This document shows, piece by piece, positions 11,793-21,194 of a stretch of 56,335 bases of DNA. Source of the DNA: Polyangiaceae bacterium (GTDB taxonomy: Bacteria > Myxococcota_A > Polyangia > Polyangiales > Polyangiaceae); NCBI GenBank assembly GCA_044222475.1, contig JBGANF010000041.1, positions 1-56,335 of the forward strand, written 5' to 3'. The notes under the pieces are model-generated. The model ran no database searches. It was not told the DNA's origin and was given only the letters and a program-made list of their open reading frames with translations. Both the position numbers and the translations under genes were made by a program. Every line of letters starts with the position of its first letter. Position 1 is the stretch's first letter.

Positions 11793-12248
11793 ATGTCCGT
11801 GACCCTGCCCAAGCTCTCCAAGGACGTCTTCATCGCGCTCGCGAGCGTCGCCTGGGCCGATGGCCACCGCGACGCCGAAGAGGCCGACGCCATCGTGCGC
11901 GCGGCCGTCGAGACCGGCCTCGACCTCGACGAGATCGAAGCGATCGAGACGGCGACCAAGGCCCCCGTCGAGCTCGGCAAGATCGACCTGACCGGACTGG
12001 CCCGCGAAGACCGGGTGTTCGTCTACGCCATCGCGTGTTGGATCGCTCGCCTCGATGGGCGAGTCACCGACGAAGAGTCGGCGACGCTGTCGTCGCTCGG
12101 CGATCAGCTCGGAGTGCCGGAGCGGCCGCAAGCGGTCGCCGAGGCGCTCGTCCGCGAGGTGGCCGCGCTCCCCGAGGGGGATCGCCCGGCGCGATACGAT
12201 CTCGGACGACTTCGAGAGCTCATCGGCGAAAAGCTCAGCAAGGCCTGA
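11793..12248 (+). CDS. TerB-like domain protein
   Basis: Duplicated pattern VAWADGHRDAEE / IARLDGRVTDEE; GAGGA RBS. Confidence 0.75.
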   Translation: MSVTLPKLSKDVFIALASVAWADGHRDAEEADAIVRAAVETGLDLDEIEAIETATKAPVELGKIDLTGLAREDRVFVYAIACWIARLDGRVTDEESATLSSLGDQLGVPERPQAVAEALVREVAALPEGDRPARYDLGRLRELIGEKLSKA

Positions 12249-12275
12249 GCGCCACGGTGCTAAGCTCCCGCGGTC

Positions 12276-15200
12276 ATGTCGGCGGAGTCCCGCGACGAAA
12301 CGAAGGCGAGCGAGATCGGAACGATCCTCGCCGAACGCTACGAGGTAGTGCGTGAGCTCGGCCGCGGAGGGATGGGCGTCGTCTATCTCTGTCGCGACGT
12401 CGCCAGCGGCGAGCGCGTCGCGCTGAAGCGGCTGCGCGTCCCCGACGACAAGGCGACGCGCAACGAAGAGACGTTCTGGTTCCACCAAGAGGCGCGCGCC
12501 GTCGCGTCGCTCGAGCACCCGGCGATCGTGCGGGCGCGCGATTTCGGAACGCTCGCCGACGGCTCGCCGTACCTCGTCATGGACGTCCTGCCGGGGCGGA
12601 GCGTGCACGAGTGGATGCACACCACGAAGATGCCGTTCTCGGTGGTGTGGTCCCTCGTCGACCAGACCCTCGCCGGTCTCGCCCACGCGCACGCGCGTGG
12701 CGTCATCCACGGCGACCTCAAGCCGTCGAACGTCATGCTCGACATGGCGTCGCCGGGGAAGGGGCCGCGCGCGTACATCCTCGACCTCGGCCTCGCGTGG
12801 CTGCGACAGCCACGCCACGATCCACGACTCGACGGGCAGCCCGCCCCGGAGATGAGCGTCCACGCCGGCGCCGGCACCGTCGGGTGGGTCGCTCCGGAGC
12901 AGATCCGCCGCGCGGCGACGCTCGTCGGTCCGGCGACCGATCTCTACGCCCTCGGCTGCATCATCTACCGCGTCCTCGTCGGGCGCGAGGTCTTCGAAGG
13001 CAACGCTCAAGAGGTCCTGCGCGCGCACAAGCGCACTCCGGTGCCGGACCTGAGCCTCCCGGCCGACGTTCCGCCCGGTGTCGGGCCCTACGTCCAGCGC
13101 CTCCTCGCGAAGAAGCCGTGGCACCGCTTCGAGTACGGCGCCGACGCGCGACGCGCGTGGGCCGCGTTCCGTCCGGCGAAGACCGCGTCGCTCGAAGAGG
13201 TGATGGCCCAGACGCCTTCGGTGCGCCCACCCCCGCCGTCGTCTCGTCCCAGTTTGGGACAAGCCATGGCCGCCGCGCAATCGCTCGCGCCCGGGCTCCT
13301 CGGGCTTCGTCCGTCGCCCCTCGTCGCCCGCGACGAAGAGCGCGCCGAGCTCTGGCGGAACGTCCTCGAGGTCGCGCACGCCGCGCCGCGCAGCGAGGCA
13401 GGTCGCCGCTTCATCGCCCTCATCGGGGAAGCAGGCGTCGGCAAGAGCCGGCTCGCGGAGTGGCTCAACGAGCAAGTCCACGAGCACGGCATGCTCGTCC
13501 CCATGCGTGCTCGCTACGGCCGCATCGCCACCGCCGTCGACGGCGTGACCGGTGCGGTCAACGCTCACTTCGGCCTCGAAGGCGCCGACCGCACCCTAGT
13601 GGAGCAGACGCTCATGCAGCGGTGGGAGGTCGACGCGAAGGACGACGCCGCGCTCACGTGGGTCGCGGCCACCGCGGAGTGGCTACGCCCGTCGCCGCCG
13701 GGCACGCAGGTCCCGCTCGGGCCGACCGGCAAGCGCTTCGTCCTCGACACGCCGGAGCTCCGCGCAGTCGTGGTGCAGAAGGTTCTCGAGCGCATCGGGC
13801 ACGATCGGCCCGTGCTCCTCTGGTTCGACGACCTCCACTTCGCCTCGCCGAACACGTTCGAGATGCTCACCCGTCTCCGCAAGGCCGAGAGCGGGCTCCG
13901 GCTCCTCGTGATCGCCACGGCGCGCAGCGAGACGCTGGCCACCGATCTCGACGCGGCGCTGCGCCTCGAAGCGACCCGCGCCGATTGGAACGGTCGCGTG
14001 ATGGAGCTCGCGCCGCTCGCCCCCGAAGAGACGCAGGCGCTCCTCAAGGCGACCTTGCCCCTCAGCGACGACGCCGTGGCGAAGGGCATCGCTCAGAGCC
14101 GCGGCAACCCGCTGTTCGCGCTCCAGCTGCTCCACGCGTGGGCAGGTGGCGGGTACCTCAAGCTCGTGGGCGCCAAGTATCAGGTGCCCACCGACGCGCT
14201 CGAGGGGAGGGCGATCACGACCTCGGAGCTCTGGGACGAGCGGCTCCGCGCGGTCCCCACCGATCTGAGGCTCGCCGCGTACGCCGCGGCGGCGCTCGGC
14301 GACGACATCCGCGGCGAGGTCCTCAAGGCGCTCGTGTCGTCGCTCGGCATGGACGCGCGCGACGCGGTCGTCGCGCTGACCCGCGCGCAGATCCTGCTCT
14401 CCGCGGGAAACGATCAGTACCGCTGGCCGCACGCGCTCCTCTTGGAGCACCTCCTCGTGCGCCTCGGCGAGCGCCACGACGCGCCCGCGATCTATCGCCT
14501 CGCGGCGAACGCGCTCGCGAAGCACCCCGCGTCGGGTTCGCGTCGCATCATGAAGCACCGCGTGCAGAACCTCCTCCGGGCCGGCGACGACGAGCCGGCG
14601 TCGCAGCTCATGTTCCGCTTCATCGAGGGCGCGTGGCGGCGCGGGCGCGACACCGCGGCGACGCTGCGCGATCTCGAGCTCCTCCACGGTCGGGTCGAGG
14701 GTTCGGCGGCCGCCGAGTACGCCTACTGGCGCGCCGAGGCGCTGCGTCACATCGGCCGCCTCGACGAAGCGGCCGAGTCGGCGGAGACGGCTCGGGCCGC
14801 GTTCCACACCGGAAGCGACCGGGCTCGCGAAGCACACGCGCTCCGGCTCCTCGGGCACATCGCATCCGACCGCGGTCAACCGGCGAACGGCGTTCGGCTC
14901 GCGAGCGAAGGTCTCGCGTTGTTCGAGCAGTTGGGGGACGAAGCCGGCCAAGCGCAGACCCTCGTCGTACTGGGCGAGATCGAGTACCTCCTCGGGAATC
15001 ACGGCCAGGCGCGAACGCTGCTCAAGGACGCGAGCGCGCGCTGCAACGCCCTCGGTGACCAGCTCGGTCGAGCGCAGTGCCTCATCCTCCTCGCGATGAT
15101 CTCGACCGCGGCCGGCGCGTACCGCCGATCGCGCGAGCTCCTCCTCGAGGCGCGAGGCGAGTTCGACGGGATCGGCTATCGGCTCGGGATCGCCCAGTGC

Positions 15201-15806
15201 GACGTCGTGCTCGCGCACGCCGATCACCGCGCGTTCGAGATGAACCGGGCGCGCTCGACCGCGCTCGCCGCGCGTGCGTCGTTCCGCGACCTCACGAACC
15301 CCCGCGGCGAGGCCGCGTGCGAGCGCATCCTCGCGATGATCGCGATCGACACCGAGGACTACACGGTCGCCGACGGTCACGCGAAGGCGATGGCGGTCCT
15401 CTACGACAAGCTCAAGGACCCCTGGGGGATCCTCGAGGCGAAGCTCCTCCTCGCGCAGCTCGCGCTCGCGCAAGGCGATCCGAAGTCCGGAGAGCTCGTC
15501 GCGGACGCGGAAACCTTCGTGCTCGACGAGGCCGAGCCGAGGCAGCATCGCCACCTGACGTCGGCGTGGTTGGCCAACGTCCAAGGGCGCTGGGAGGACG
15601 CCATCCGCGAGCTCGACGCGGCGCGCGCGGTCTACGCCGATGGCCAACGAACGGGCGACCACACGCCGCAGCTCCTCGCGCGCTTCGGCAGGATGCCGTG
15701 GCTCGCGCCGGCAGCCGCCCGCGTCGAGGCTTGGCTGACGGCGCTCGACCGCCAGAGCGCCGACGGGGCGCCCTCCACCATGACGACGGTACCGACCCTG
15801 AAGTGA
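12276..15806 (+). CDS. Ser/Thr protein kinase fused to a STAND-like ATPase and TPR repeats
   Basis: LGRGGMGVVY, VALK, HGDLKPSN, APEQ, DLYALG; Walker A GEAGVGKS, Walker B WFDDLH, GNPLF; C-terminal TPR-like helices. Confidence 0.92.
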   Translation: MSAESRDETKASEIGTILAERYEVVRELGRGGMGVVYLCRDVASGERVALKRLRVPDDKATRNEETFWFHQEARAVASLEHPAIVRARDFGTLADGSPYLVMDVLPGRSVHEWMHTTKMPFSVVWSLVDQTLAGLAHAHARGVIHGDLKPSNVMLDMASPGKGPRAYILDLGLAWLRQPRHDPRLDGQPAPEMSVHAGAGTVGWVAPEQIRRAATLVGPATDLYALGCIIYRVLVGREVFEGNAQEVLRAHKRTPVPDLSLPADVPPGVGPYVQRLLAKKPWHRFEYGADARRAWAAFRPAKTASLEEVMAQTPSVRPPPPSSRPSLGQAMAAAQSLAPGLLGLRPSPLVARDEERAELWRNVLEVAHAAPRSEAGRRFIALIGEAGVGKSRLAEWLNEQVHEHGMLVPMRARYGRIATAVDGVTGAVNAHFGLEGADRTLVEQTLMQRWEVDAKDDAALTWVAATAEWLRPSPPGTQVPLGPTGKRFVLDTPELRAVVVQKVLERIGHDRPVLLWFDDLHFASPNTFEMLTRLRKAESGLRLLVIATARSETLATDLDAALRLEATRADWNGRVMELAPLAPEETQALLKATLPLSDDAVAKGIAQSRGNPLFALQLLHAWAGGGYLKLVGAKYQVPTDALEGRAITTSELWDERLRAVPTDLRLAAYAAAALGDDIRGEVLKALVSSLGMDARDAVVALTRAQILLSAGNDQYRWPHALLLEHLLVRLGERHDAPAIYRLAANALAKHPASGSRRIMKHRVQNLLRAGDDEPASQLMFRFIEGAWRRGRDTAATLRDLELLHGRVEGSAAAEYAYWRAEALRHIGRLDEAAESAETARAAFHTGSDRAREAHALRLLGHIASDRGQPANGVRLASEGLALFEQLGDEAGQAQTLVVLGEIEYLLGNHGQARTLLKDASARCNALGDQLGRAQCLILLAMISTAAGAYRRSRELLLEARGEFDGIGYRLGIAQCDVVLAHADHRAFEMNRARSTALAARASFRDLTNPRGEAACERILAMIAIDTEDYTVADGHAKAMAVLYDKLKDPWGILEAKLLLAQLALAQGDPKSGELVADAETFVLDEAEPRQHRHLTSAWLANVQGRWEDAIRELDAARAVYADGQRTGDHTPQLLARFGRMPWLAPAAARVEAWLTALDRQSADGAPSTMTTVPTLK

Positions 15807-15831
15807 CGCGCTTCATCGCGTCGCGACGTCA

Positions 15832-16182
15832 TCACTCGCTGCGTTTGCCGACCTTCGCGAACGCTTGGGCGACGCGCTCGGGCAGGGTGCGCTCGTCCTC
15901 CTCTTCTTCTTCGTCTCCAGCGAGGGAGATGATGCGCGGCGCGGAGCCCTCGGGGATGAGCGCGCGGATGCGCTCCATTGCTTGCTCGAGCGCCTCGGGC
16001 TCGAGGTAGACGGCGAGCGCTTCTTCGAGGGCCGGCGCCACGCGCGCGAGGTGTCGCGGCTGGAGATCGGCTGGGTCCACGCCCGCGCGGGAGAGCGCGC
16101 GCTCCAGCGTGCGATCGGCGAAGATGGCCGACAGCCCGGAGAGCTCGACGAGCTTGAGGTAGAGGTCGGAGCGTTGCGTCAT
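15832..16182 (-). CDS. Hypothetical protein, 116 aa
   Basis: Coding-like helical ORF (MTQRSDLYLKLVELSGLS...) with an acidic tail, filling the gap downstream of the kinase. Confidence 0.7.
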   Translation of the reverse strand: MTQRSDLYLKLVELSGLSAIFADRTLERALSRAGVDPADLQPRHLARVAPALEEALAVYLEPEALEQAMERIRALIPEGSAPRIISLAGDEEEEEDERTLPERVAQAFAKVGKRSE

Positions 16183-16330
16183 GGAGGGCCCCCCCCATTC
16201 GTCGCCGCGAGCCAAGATCTTAACACCGATGAACGCTCGGTCGAGGTGGGGACCGAAAGTTCCGTCGGACCGAACGGTCGCAAGGGACCGACGTTGAAGT
16301 CACGCGCGGATCCTTGCTATCACCGTGCGC

Positions 16331-16441
16331 ATGACCACCCCCCAGGATTCCCCGCGCAAGAAGAAGCTCAAGGCCCGTCGTACGAAGCAGCTCGCCGCGT
16401 GGCGCGCGAAGAAGGAAGCCGCCGCGAAGAAGGCGAAGTGA
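16331..16441 (+). CDS. Small Lys/Arg-rich protein, 36 aa (below the ORF track cutoff)
   Basis: MTTPQDSPRKKKLKARRTKQLAAWRAKKEAAAKKAK*. All Lys codons are AAG; the stop overlaps the next GTG start (GTGA); promoter-like TTGAAG-18-TATCAC lies just upstream. Confidence 0.75.
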   Translation: MTTPQDSPRKKKLKARRTKQLAAWRAKKEAAAKKAK

Positions 16442-16911
16442 CGACCCCGGCGCGCCCCTCGGTTCAGGAGAAGTACGCACCGAAGAACGAGTGCTTCGGT
16501 TGCGGGCCGGCGAACGCCAAGGGACTGCGGATCCGCAGCTTCGAGGACGGTGACGAGCTCGTGTGCCACTGGCGCGCCGAACCTCATCACACGGCGTTCC
16601 CCGGCATGCTGAACGGCGGGATCTGCGGTGCGCTCCTCGACTGTCACTCGAACTGGATGGCGGCGGTGCACCTGATGAAGAAGGCCGGGCTCGAGACGCC
16701 GCCGTGCACGGTGACCGCGGATTTCCACGTGAAGCTGAAGCGGCCGACGCCGATCGACGGCGACATCGAGCTCCGAGCCAAAGTCGCCGAGAGCGGCGAC
16801 GACCGCGCGGTCATCGAAGCGACGCTCACGGCTGGCGGGAAGGTCACCGCCACGTGCCGGGGAACGTTCATCGCCGTCAAAGAGGGACACCCCGCCTACC
16901 ACCGCTGGTGA
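16438..16911 (+). CDS. PaaI-family hotdog thioesterase
   Basis: CFGCGPANAKGL, MLNGGICGALLDCH, VTADFHVKLKRPTP. Confidence 0.88.
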   Translation: MTTPARPSVQEKYAPKNECFGCGPANAKGLRIRSFEDGDELVCHWRAEPHHTAFPGMLNGGICGALLDCHSNWMAAVHLMKKAGLETPPCTVTADFHVKLKRPTPIDGDIELRAKVAESGDDRAVIEATLTAGGKVTATCRGTFIAVKEGHPAYHRW

Positions 16912-16915
16912 AAGA

Positions 16916-17039
16916 CACGTGCACGTGCAACGAGTACGCGCACGAACACGAACACGACTACGAGCACGTGCACGTGCACGAGTACGGGTACGAGTACGGG
17001 TACGTGAACGAGTACGGGTACGTGAACGAGTACGTGACG
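16916..17039. repeat. Hexamer-unit repeat array (left inverted arm)
   Basis: Runs of cacgtg/tacgag/tacggg/cacgaa. 16941-16980 is the exact reverse complement of 17533-17572. Confidence 0.9.
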
Positions 17040-17381
17040 CTAGCGACACATTCGCGTGAGCATCGAGACGATTCGCGTGAGCAGCACCTTTGCCTCCTCA
17101 TGGTCGGCTTGCGTGACGAAGCCCGCGATGTGACACACGTCGAACAGGGCGCCGCACTCCATCGCCGAGCCGCGCGCGCTCACATAGAAGCGTGAACGAT
17201 CGGGGGTCGTGGTCTTGCCCGAGCCCTCTGCGATGTTGAGGGGGATCGAGAGGGCAGCCCGCTTCAGCTGTCCCCGCAGCTCGGCCTCACCGTGCGGGAG
17301 GGCCGCCGTCGCTTGGATCGCGAGGCGCAGGAATTCGATGGCGGCGCGGTAGACGTCGAGTTTCTCGTAGTCGAGAGCCAC
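17040..17381 (-). CDS. Four-helix-bundle protein (23S rRNA IVS-encoded protein-like family)
   Basis: YEKLDVY...QLKRAALSIPLNIAEGSG...RFYVSARGSAMEC signature; GTG start. Confidence 0.93.
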   Translation of the reverse strand: MALDYEKLDVYRAAIEFLRLAIQATAALPHGEAELRGQLKRAALSIPLNIAEGSGKTTTPDRSRFYVSARGSAMECGALFDVCHIAGFVTQADHEEAKVLLTRIVSMLTRMCR

Positions 17382-17427
17382 GTCCCCATTCGTCGCCGAC
17401 GGTCGTGGGATTGCGCGAAATCGCACG

Positions 17428-17590
17428 CCACGTACCCCTTCACGTACCCGTTCGCGTACCCCTTCACGTACCCGTTCGCGTACCCGTTCGCGTACCCGTT
17501 CGCGTACCCGTTCACGTACCCGTACTCGTTCCCGTGCACGTGCACGTGCTCGTAGTCGTGTTCGTGTTCGTGTTCGTACTCGTGCTCGTG
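17428..17590. repeat. Hexamer/dodecamer repeat array (right inverted arm)
   Basis: Tandem cgtacccgttcg-type 12-mers followed by cgtgca/cgtgtt hexamers; complementary to the left arm. Confidence 0.9.
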
Positions 17591-17595
17591 GAGCT

Positions 17596-18447
17596 CTACG
17601 CCGATCGCTGTTTGTCGACTTCGGCGAGTGCCTCGGAGACGTCATCCATGGATGCGCTCGCCGTCTCCACGTTCTTCAACGCGAGATCATCGAGCCCGAC
17701 GGTCGCCGCGCGCTTCGTATCGGCCGCCGTGTACACCCGCCCGAGGGCCGCGACGTGGTCCCGGATCTTCCCGTCGATCATCTCGGCGATGGCGCCGGAT
17801 GTCTTGTTCCCGTCGCGCTTGGTCCGCTCGAGTCGGACCCTCACGTCCGCCAGCTTGTCGAGGGCGGTCCACGTGTTCCCCACGAGCTTCTGCGCGTCGT
17901 CGTCGAGCGGGATGTCCGTGGCCTGACGCCGCAGCTCCGCTCCGTCGCGCAGCGAGCCCTTCGCGGGTCCCTCGACGAGCTTCGATGCCCCCTCGAGCGA
18001 GTGCGCCAACGGGTCGTCCGCGTCGATGAGCTGCGGCAGCGTCACGAGCACCGCCGAGACCACCACCGCGACCACGTGCACCGCCGATGCGGCCGTCCCG
18101 TACGCCGTCGCCACGGTCCCGGCGAGCGCGCCCGCACCGAACGCGGCGCCCACGTGGAGCAGCTTGCCCTGCGCCGTCCGCACACGGAGGGTCCGTTCGC
18201 CGTACGCGAGCGCGACCAGCACCGCGCCGCCGACGGCGGGGGAGACCGATCCCAAGATGGTACCGGTGAGCGCAGCGGTCGCACCGAAGGCGATCGCCAG
18301 CGCGCTCACGTAGCCGCTCGTCCCGAGACCCAGCGCGACGCCGAGGAGCACGAGCCAGGCCGCGCCCGGAACCTGGCCCATCGGCTTCGCGTAGGGCGCG
18401 AGCCCGAACGCGGCGGCGGCAGCGGCGAGGAGGAGTGCCTTCTTCAT
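17596..18447 (-). CDS. Membrane protein with C-terminal helical domain
   Basis: MKKALLLAAAAAAFG..., several TM segments; the start overlaps the VWA gene stop. Confidence 0.75.
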   Translation of the reverse strand: MKKALLLAAAAAAFGLAPYAKPMGQVPGAAWLVLLGVALGLGTSGYVSALAIAFGATAALTGTILGSVSPAVGGAVLVALAYGERTLRVRTAQGKLLHVGAAFGAGALAGTVATAYGTAASAVHVVAVVVSAVLVTLPQLIDADDPLAHSLEGASKLVEGPAKGSLRDGAELRRQATDIPLDDDAQKLVGNTWTALDKLADVRVRLERTKRDGNKTSGAIAEMIDGKIRDHVAALGRVYTAADTKRAATVGLDDLALKNVETASASMDDVSEALAEVDKQRSA

Positions 18448-19880
18448 CAGAAGCCTCCCGAGCGGCCGAGGTTGGCGGTGTCGAGCTCGACGGCGCGCTT
18501 GGCAGCGCCTTGTCCGGCGGCGCTGCGAGGCTGCGCGGCGAAGCCCTTCTTCGTCTCGAGGTACGACGCTTGCTGCTTCTGGAGGTCGGCCGCGGCCGCG
18601 GGGGGCGCGGCGGTCGCCGCGGCGCCGATCGCGGCGATGTTCTGGTCCATCAGGGCCTGAGCCCGGGCGACGTCGCCGTCTTTGTAGGCCTGCGCCGCCT
18701 GCATCGACCGCTCCGACGCCTCGACGCTCGTCCAGCTCGCGAACACCGAGCCGTCGCGGCTGGCTTCGGCGATGCTCGAGTCCGACGTCCCGTAGAGCGT
18801 CAGCGGGGCGATCGGCACCTTGGTGTCCGTCCCGCCGGCGATGCGGACCCACGACGCATCGGACGTGAGCTGCACGCTGTCGCCCGCGTCGAGGCGCGCG
18901 GTGAAGTGGAGGACCGCGCGGCGCTCGTCGCCGGCGTAGAGCGCTCCGAGCTTCAGCTCGAGCTCGTCCTCGTCGACCATGCGCGCGTCCGCCCCGGACG
19001 CGGCGATGAAGCGCACGCCGTGAGGGACGCGAATGCGGACGGTCGCGTCCTCGATCGTCGTCGACGCCGCTTCACCGAGCTCCTTGCCGAGGAACGAGGC
19101 GAGCGTGCCTGCCTCCTTCACGAAGCCGTAGTGCCCGTGGCCGGCGACCGCGACCGTCGACATGTAGCTCTCGTCGAAGTCGAGGCCGATCCCGAGCGCC
19201 GAGATCGTCACTCCGCGACCGAAGCTCTGCCGCGCGAGCTGCTCGGCGCTCGCGCGCGACGAGTCGAGCCCATCGCTCACGAGGACGATGCGCTTCACCC
19301 GACCGCGCGTCGCGTCTTCGAGCGCGCGCATGCCGGCCGACAGGCCGCTCGGGATCGACGTCCCGCCCTCGGCCTCGAGGTGCTGGATGCGCATCGTGAG
19401 CTCGCGGCGTACGTCACCGAGGCGGGCGAGGGGCTGAATCACCTCCGCCGAGTCCGAGTAGCGGACCACCGCGATCTGGTCGTCGTCGCGCATGTCGCGC
19501 ATCAGGTCGAGGACGGCGTCGCGCGCTTGGGCGATCTTGCCGCCGTCGTACATCGAGCCCGACGTGTCGAGCACGACCGCGAGGGCGAGCGGCGCGCGCG
19601 CCGTCTCCCGGTTGTCCTTGTCGGCGGCGATGCGTACCTCGGCGTAGAGATCCCGCTCGCTGCCCGCGAGGAGCTTGCCCTGGCTGATCCCGATCGAGCC
19701 GTGCGCGGCGGGCCCGACGAAATGCACCTTGGTGGCCGAGTTCATCTCGGCGATCGGCTGGAGGGGGCTGCCGATCGCGGGGGTGCGGAAAAGAACGAGG
19801 CCGCCGGTCGCGAGGACGACGGCGGCCGCGGCGACGGTGCGACGAACGCGGGCTGCGCGGAAGATGCGGGCGAGGGACAT
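18447..19880 (-). CDS. Secreted/anchored VWA domain protein (YfbK-like)
   Basis: MIDAS motif VVLDTSGSM, GGTSI, IVLVSDG, ISALGIGLDFDE. Confidence 0.9.
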   Translation of the reverse strand: MSLARIFRAARVRRTVAAAAVVLATGGLVLFRTPAIGSPLQPIAEMNSATKVHFVGPAAHGSIGISQGKLLAGSERDLYAEVRIAADKDNRETARAPLALAVVLDTSGSMYDGGKIAQARDAVLDLMRDMRDDDQIAVVRYSDSAEVIQPLARLGDVRRELTMRIQHLEAEGGTSIPSGLSAGMRALEDATRGRVKRIVLVSDGLDSSRASAEQLARQSFGRGVTISALGIGLDFDESYMSTVAVAGHGHYGFVKEAGTLASFLGKELGEAASTTIEDATVRIRVPHGVRFIAASGADARMVDEDELELKLGALYAGDERRAVLHFTARLDAGDSVQLTSDASWVRIAGGTDTKVPIAPLTLYGTSDSSIAEASRDGSVFASWTSVEASERSMQAAQAYKDGDVARAQALMDQNIAAIGAAATAAPPAAAADLQKQQASYLETKKGFAAQPRSAAGQGAAKRAVELDTANLGRSGGF

Positions 19881-19936
19881 GGGCGCTCCGGAAGAGGGGT
19901 TTCCTCCTCGGACGCCTGGGAGAGAAGAAAGTTCTC

Positions 19937-20353
19937 TCAGCTCGCGGCGATGCGGCGAATGCTCTCTGCCCAGTCGAAGCGCACGTTGCGCTTCGGGAGC
20001 GGAGGCGGCTGCCGGCGGAGGTGACCGCGGAGCAGGAGTCGCGACAGGTAGGACATGTTGCGGAAGCGCAGGCCGACCGCGCGACCGTCGTCACCGGGCC
20101 GGCGGCCCTTCACGATGCGGGTGACCGTGCCTTCCGCGTCGAACCAGAGGCCGAGTGGGGTCGCCTGGAAGGTGATGACCACGTCCTCGCCGGGCGCGAC
20201 TTCGACGTCGGACCGGACGAGCATTCCGTCGATGGACAGATCCATCGTGGCCTCGCCGAGGAGACGAAAATCGCTTTCGCGAACGACCTGGCAAGGGACG
20301 CGCAGGCTGTGGCGGGTGGCGGTGCGTTGGTTGCGACGAACGAGAACTGACAT
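19937..20353 (-). CDS. PilZ domain protein
   Basis: QRTATR (RxxxR) and DLSIDG (DxSxxG) motifs; AVGLRF. Confidence 0.88.
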   Translation of the reverse strand: MSVLVRRNQRTATRHSLRVPCQVVRESDFRLLGEATMDLSIDGMLVRSDVEVAPGEDVVITFQATPLGLWFDAEGTVTRIVKGRRPGDDGRAVGLRFRNMSYLSRLLLRGHLRRQPPPLPKRNVRFDWAESIRRIAAS

Positions 20354-20420
20354 GTCCTACCTCCACCTACAATGGTAGAAAGGGCAACGTCGGCCGGCTA
20401 ACTTTTCGGCGGAACCTCCC

Positions 20421-21191
20421 TCACGGCTTCGAGTAGCCGCGCACTCGGTAGACGGCTCTGCCCGTCCACTCCCGGAGCGCGATGGTGCTGTTCTCGAGGT
20501 ACTGCGCGCGCGGCACGAGGCTGCTCGACGACTCGTGACCTCGAAAGTCCACCGGCAGCGTGTCCGCGTCGATGCCGACCGCGCGGAAGCAGCCGCGGGC
20601 GCGGCCCATGTGGAACGCCGACGTGACGATCAACACCGTCGTGAACCCGCGCTCGTGGATGATGCGCGCCGACTCGACCGCGTTGTCGCGGGTGTTGCGC
20701 GCTTTGTCCTCTACGATCACGCGATCATCGGCGATGCCCCACGCGACGAGCTGGTTGCGAAGCGCGACGGCCTCCACGACCGAGATGCTCGCGTCGGAGC
20801 CGCCGGAGACGATCGCCGTCTTCGCGTGATTCTGCCGAAGGAGATCGAACGTCACGGTGAGCCGCTCGACCGAGTCGTTGTACGCGGAGACGCCGTAGGT
20901 CTGCGACGCGCGCTCGTCGACGAGGCCGCCGAGCAGGACGACCGTGTCGTAGGTGATCTCCGGTTTGTACGACTGGAGGGGCGGCGCTTCGAGCGACCGG
21001 ACGAGCGCGTTGCTCACGACCTCGTTGGAGAAGAGGACGAGGACGACCGCCGCCGCGAGCGGCGCGAGCCTACGCCAGCGGGGAAGCTGCCGCGCCTTGC
21101 GGCGAAACGGCACGCCGAGGAGCGCGAGGACGATGACCCAGGTGATCGGAGCGACGAGAAGATCGAGCGTCTTCGACAGAACGAAGAACAA
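20421..21191 (-). CDS. YdcF/ElyC (DUF218) family protein
   Basis: VVLLGG, IVSGG, EDKARNTRDNA, LIVTSAFHMGRA. Confidence 0.9.
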   Translation of the reverse strand: MFFVLSKTLDLLVAPITWVIVLALLGVPFRRKARQLPRWRRLAPLAAAVVLVLFSNEVVSNALVRSLEAPPLQSYKPEITYDTVVLLGGLVDERASQTYGVSAYNDSVERLTVTFDLLRQNHAKTAIVSGGSDASISVVEAVALRNQLVAWGIADDRVIVEDKARNTRDNAVESARIIHERGFTTVLIVTSAFHMGRARGCFRAVGIDADTLPVDFRGHESSSSLVPRAQYLENSTIALREWTGRAVYRVRGYSKP

Positions 21192-21194
21192 AGC

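Noticed and set aside
16916..17590. CRISPR array or diversity-generating retroelement (Avd-like gene)
   Set aside because: The repeats are 6/12-mers without unique spacers. There are no cas genes, reverse transcriptase or TR/VR pair in the window.
17264..17645. Repeat-encoded peptides (GYAN, YPFA or RERV repeats) and an N-terminal extension of the four-helix-bundle ORF
   Set aside because: They are by-products of translating the 12-mer array; homology begins at the GTG at 17381.
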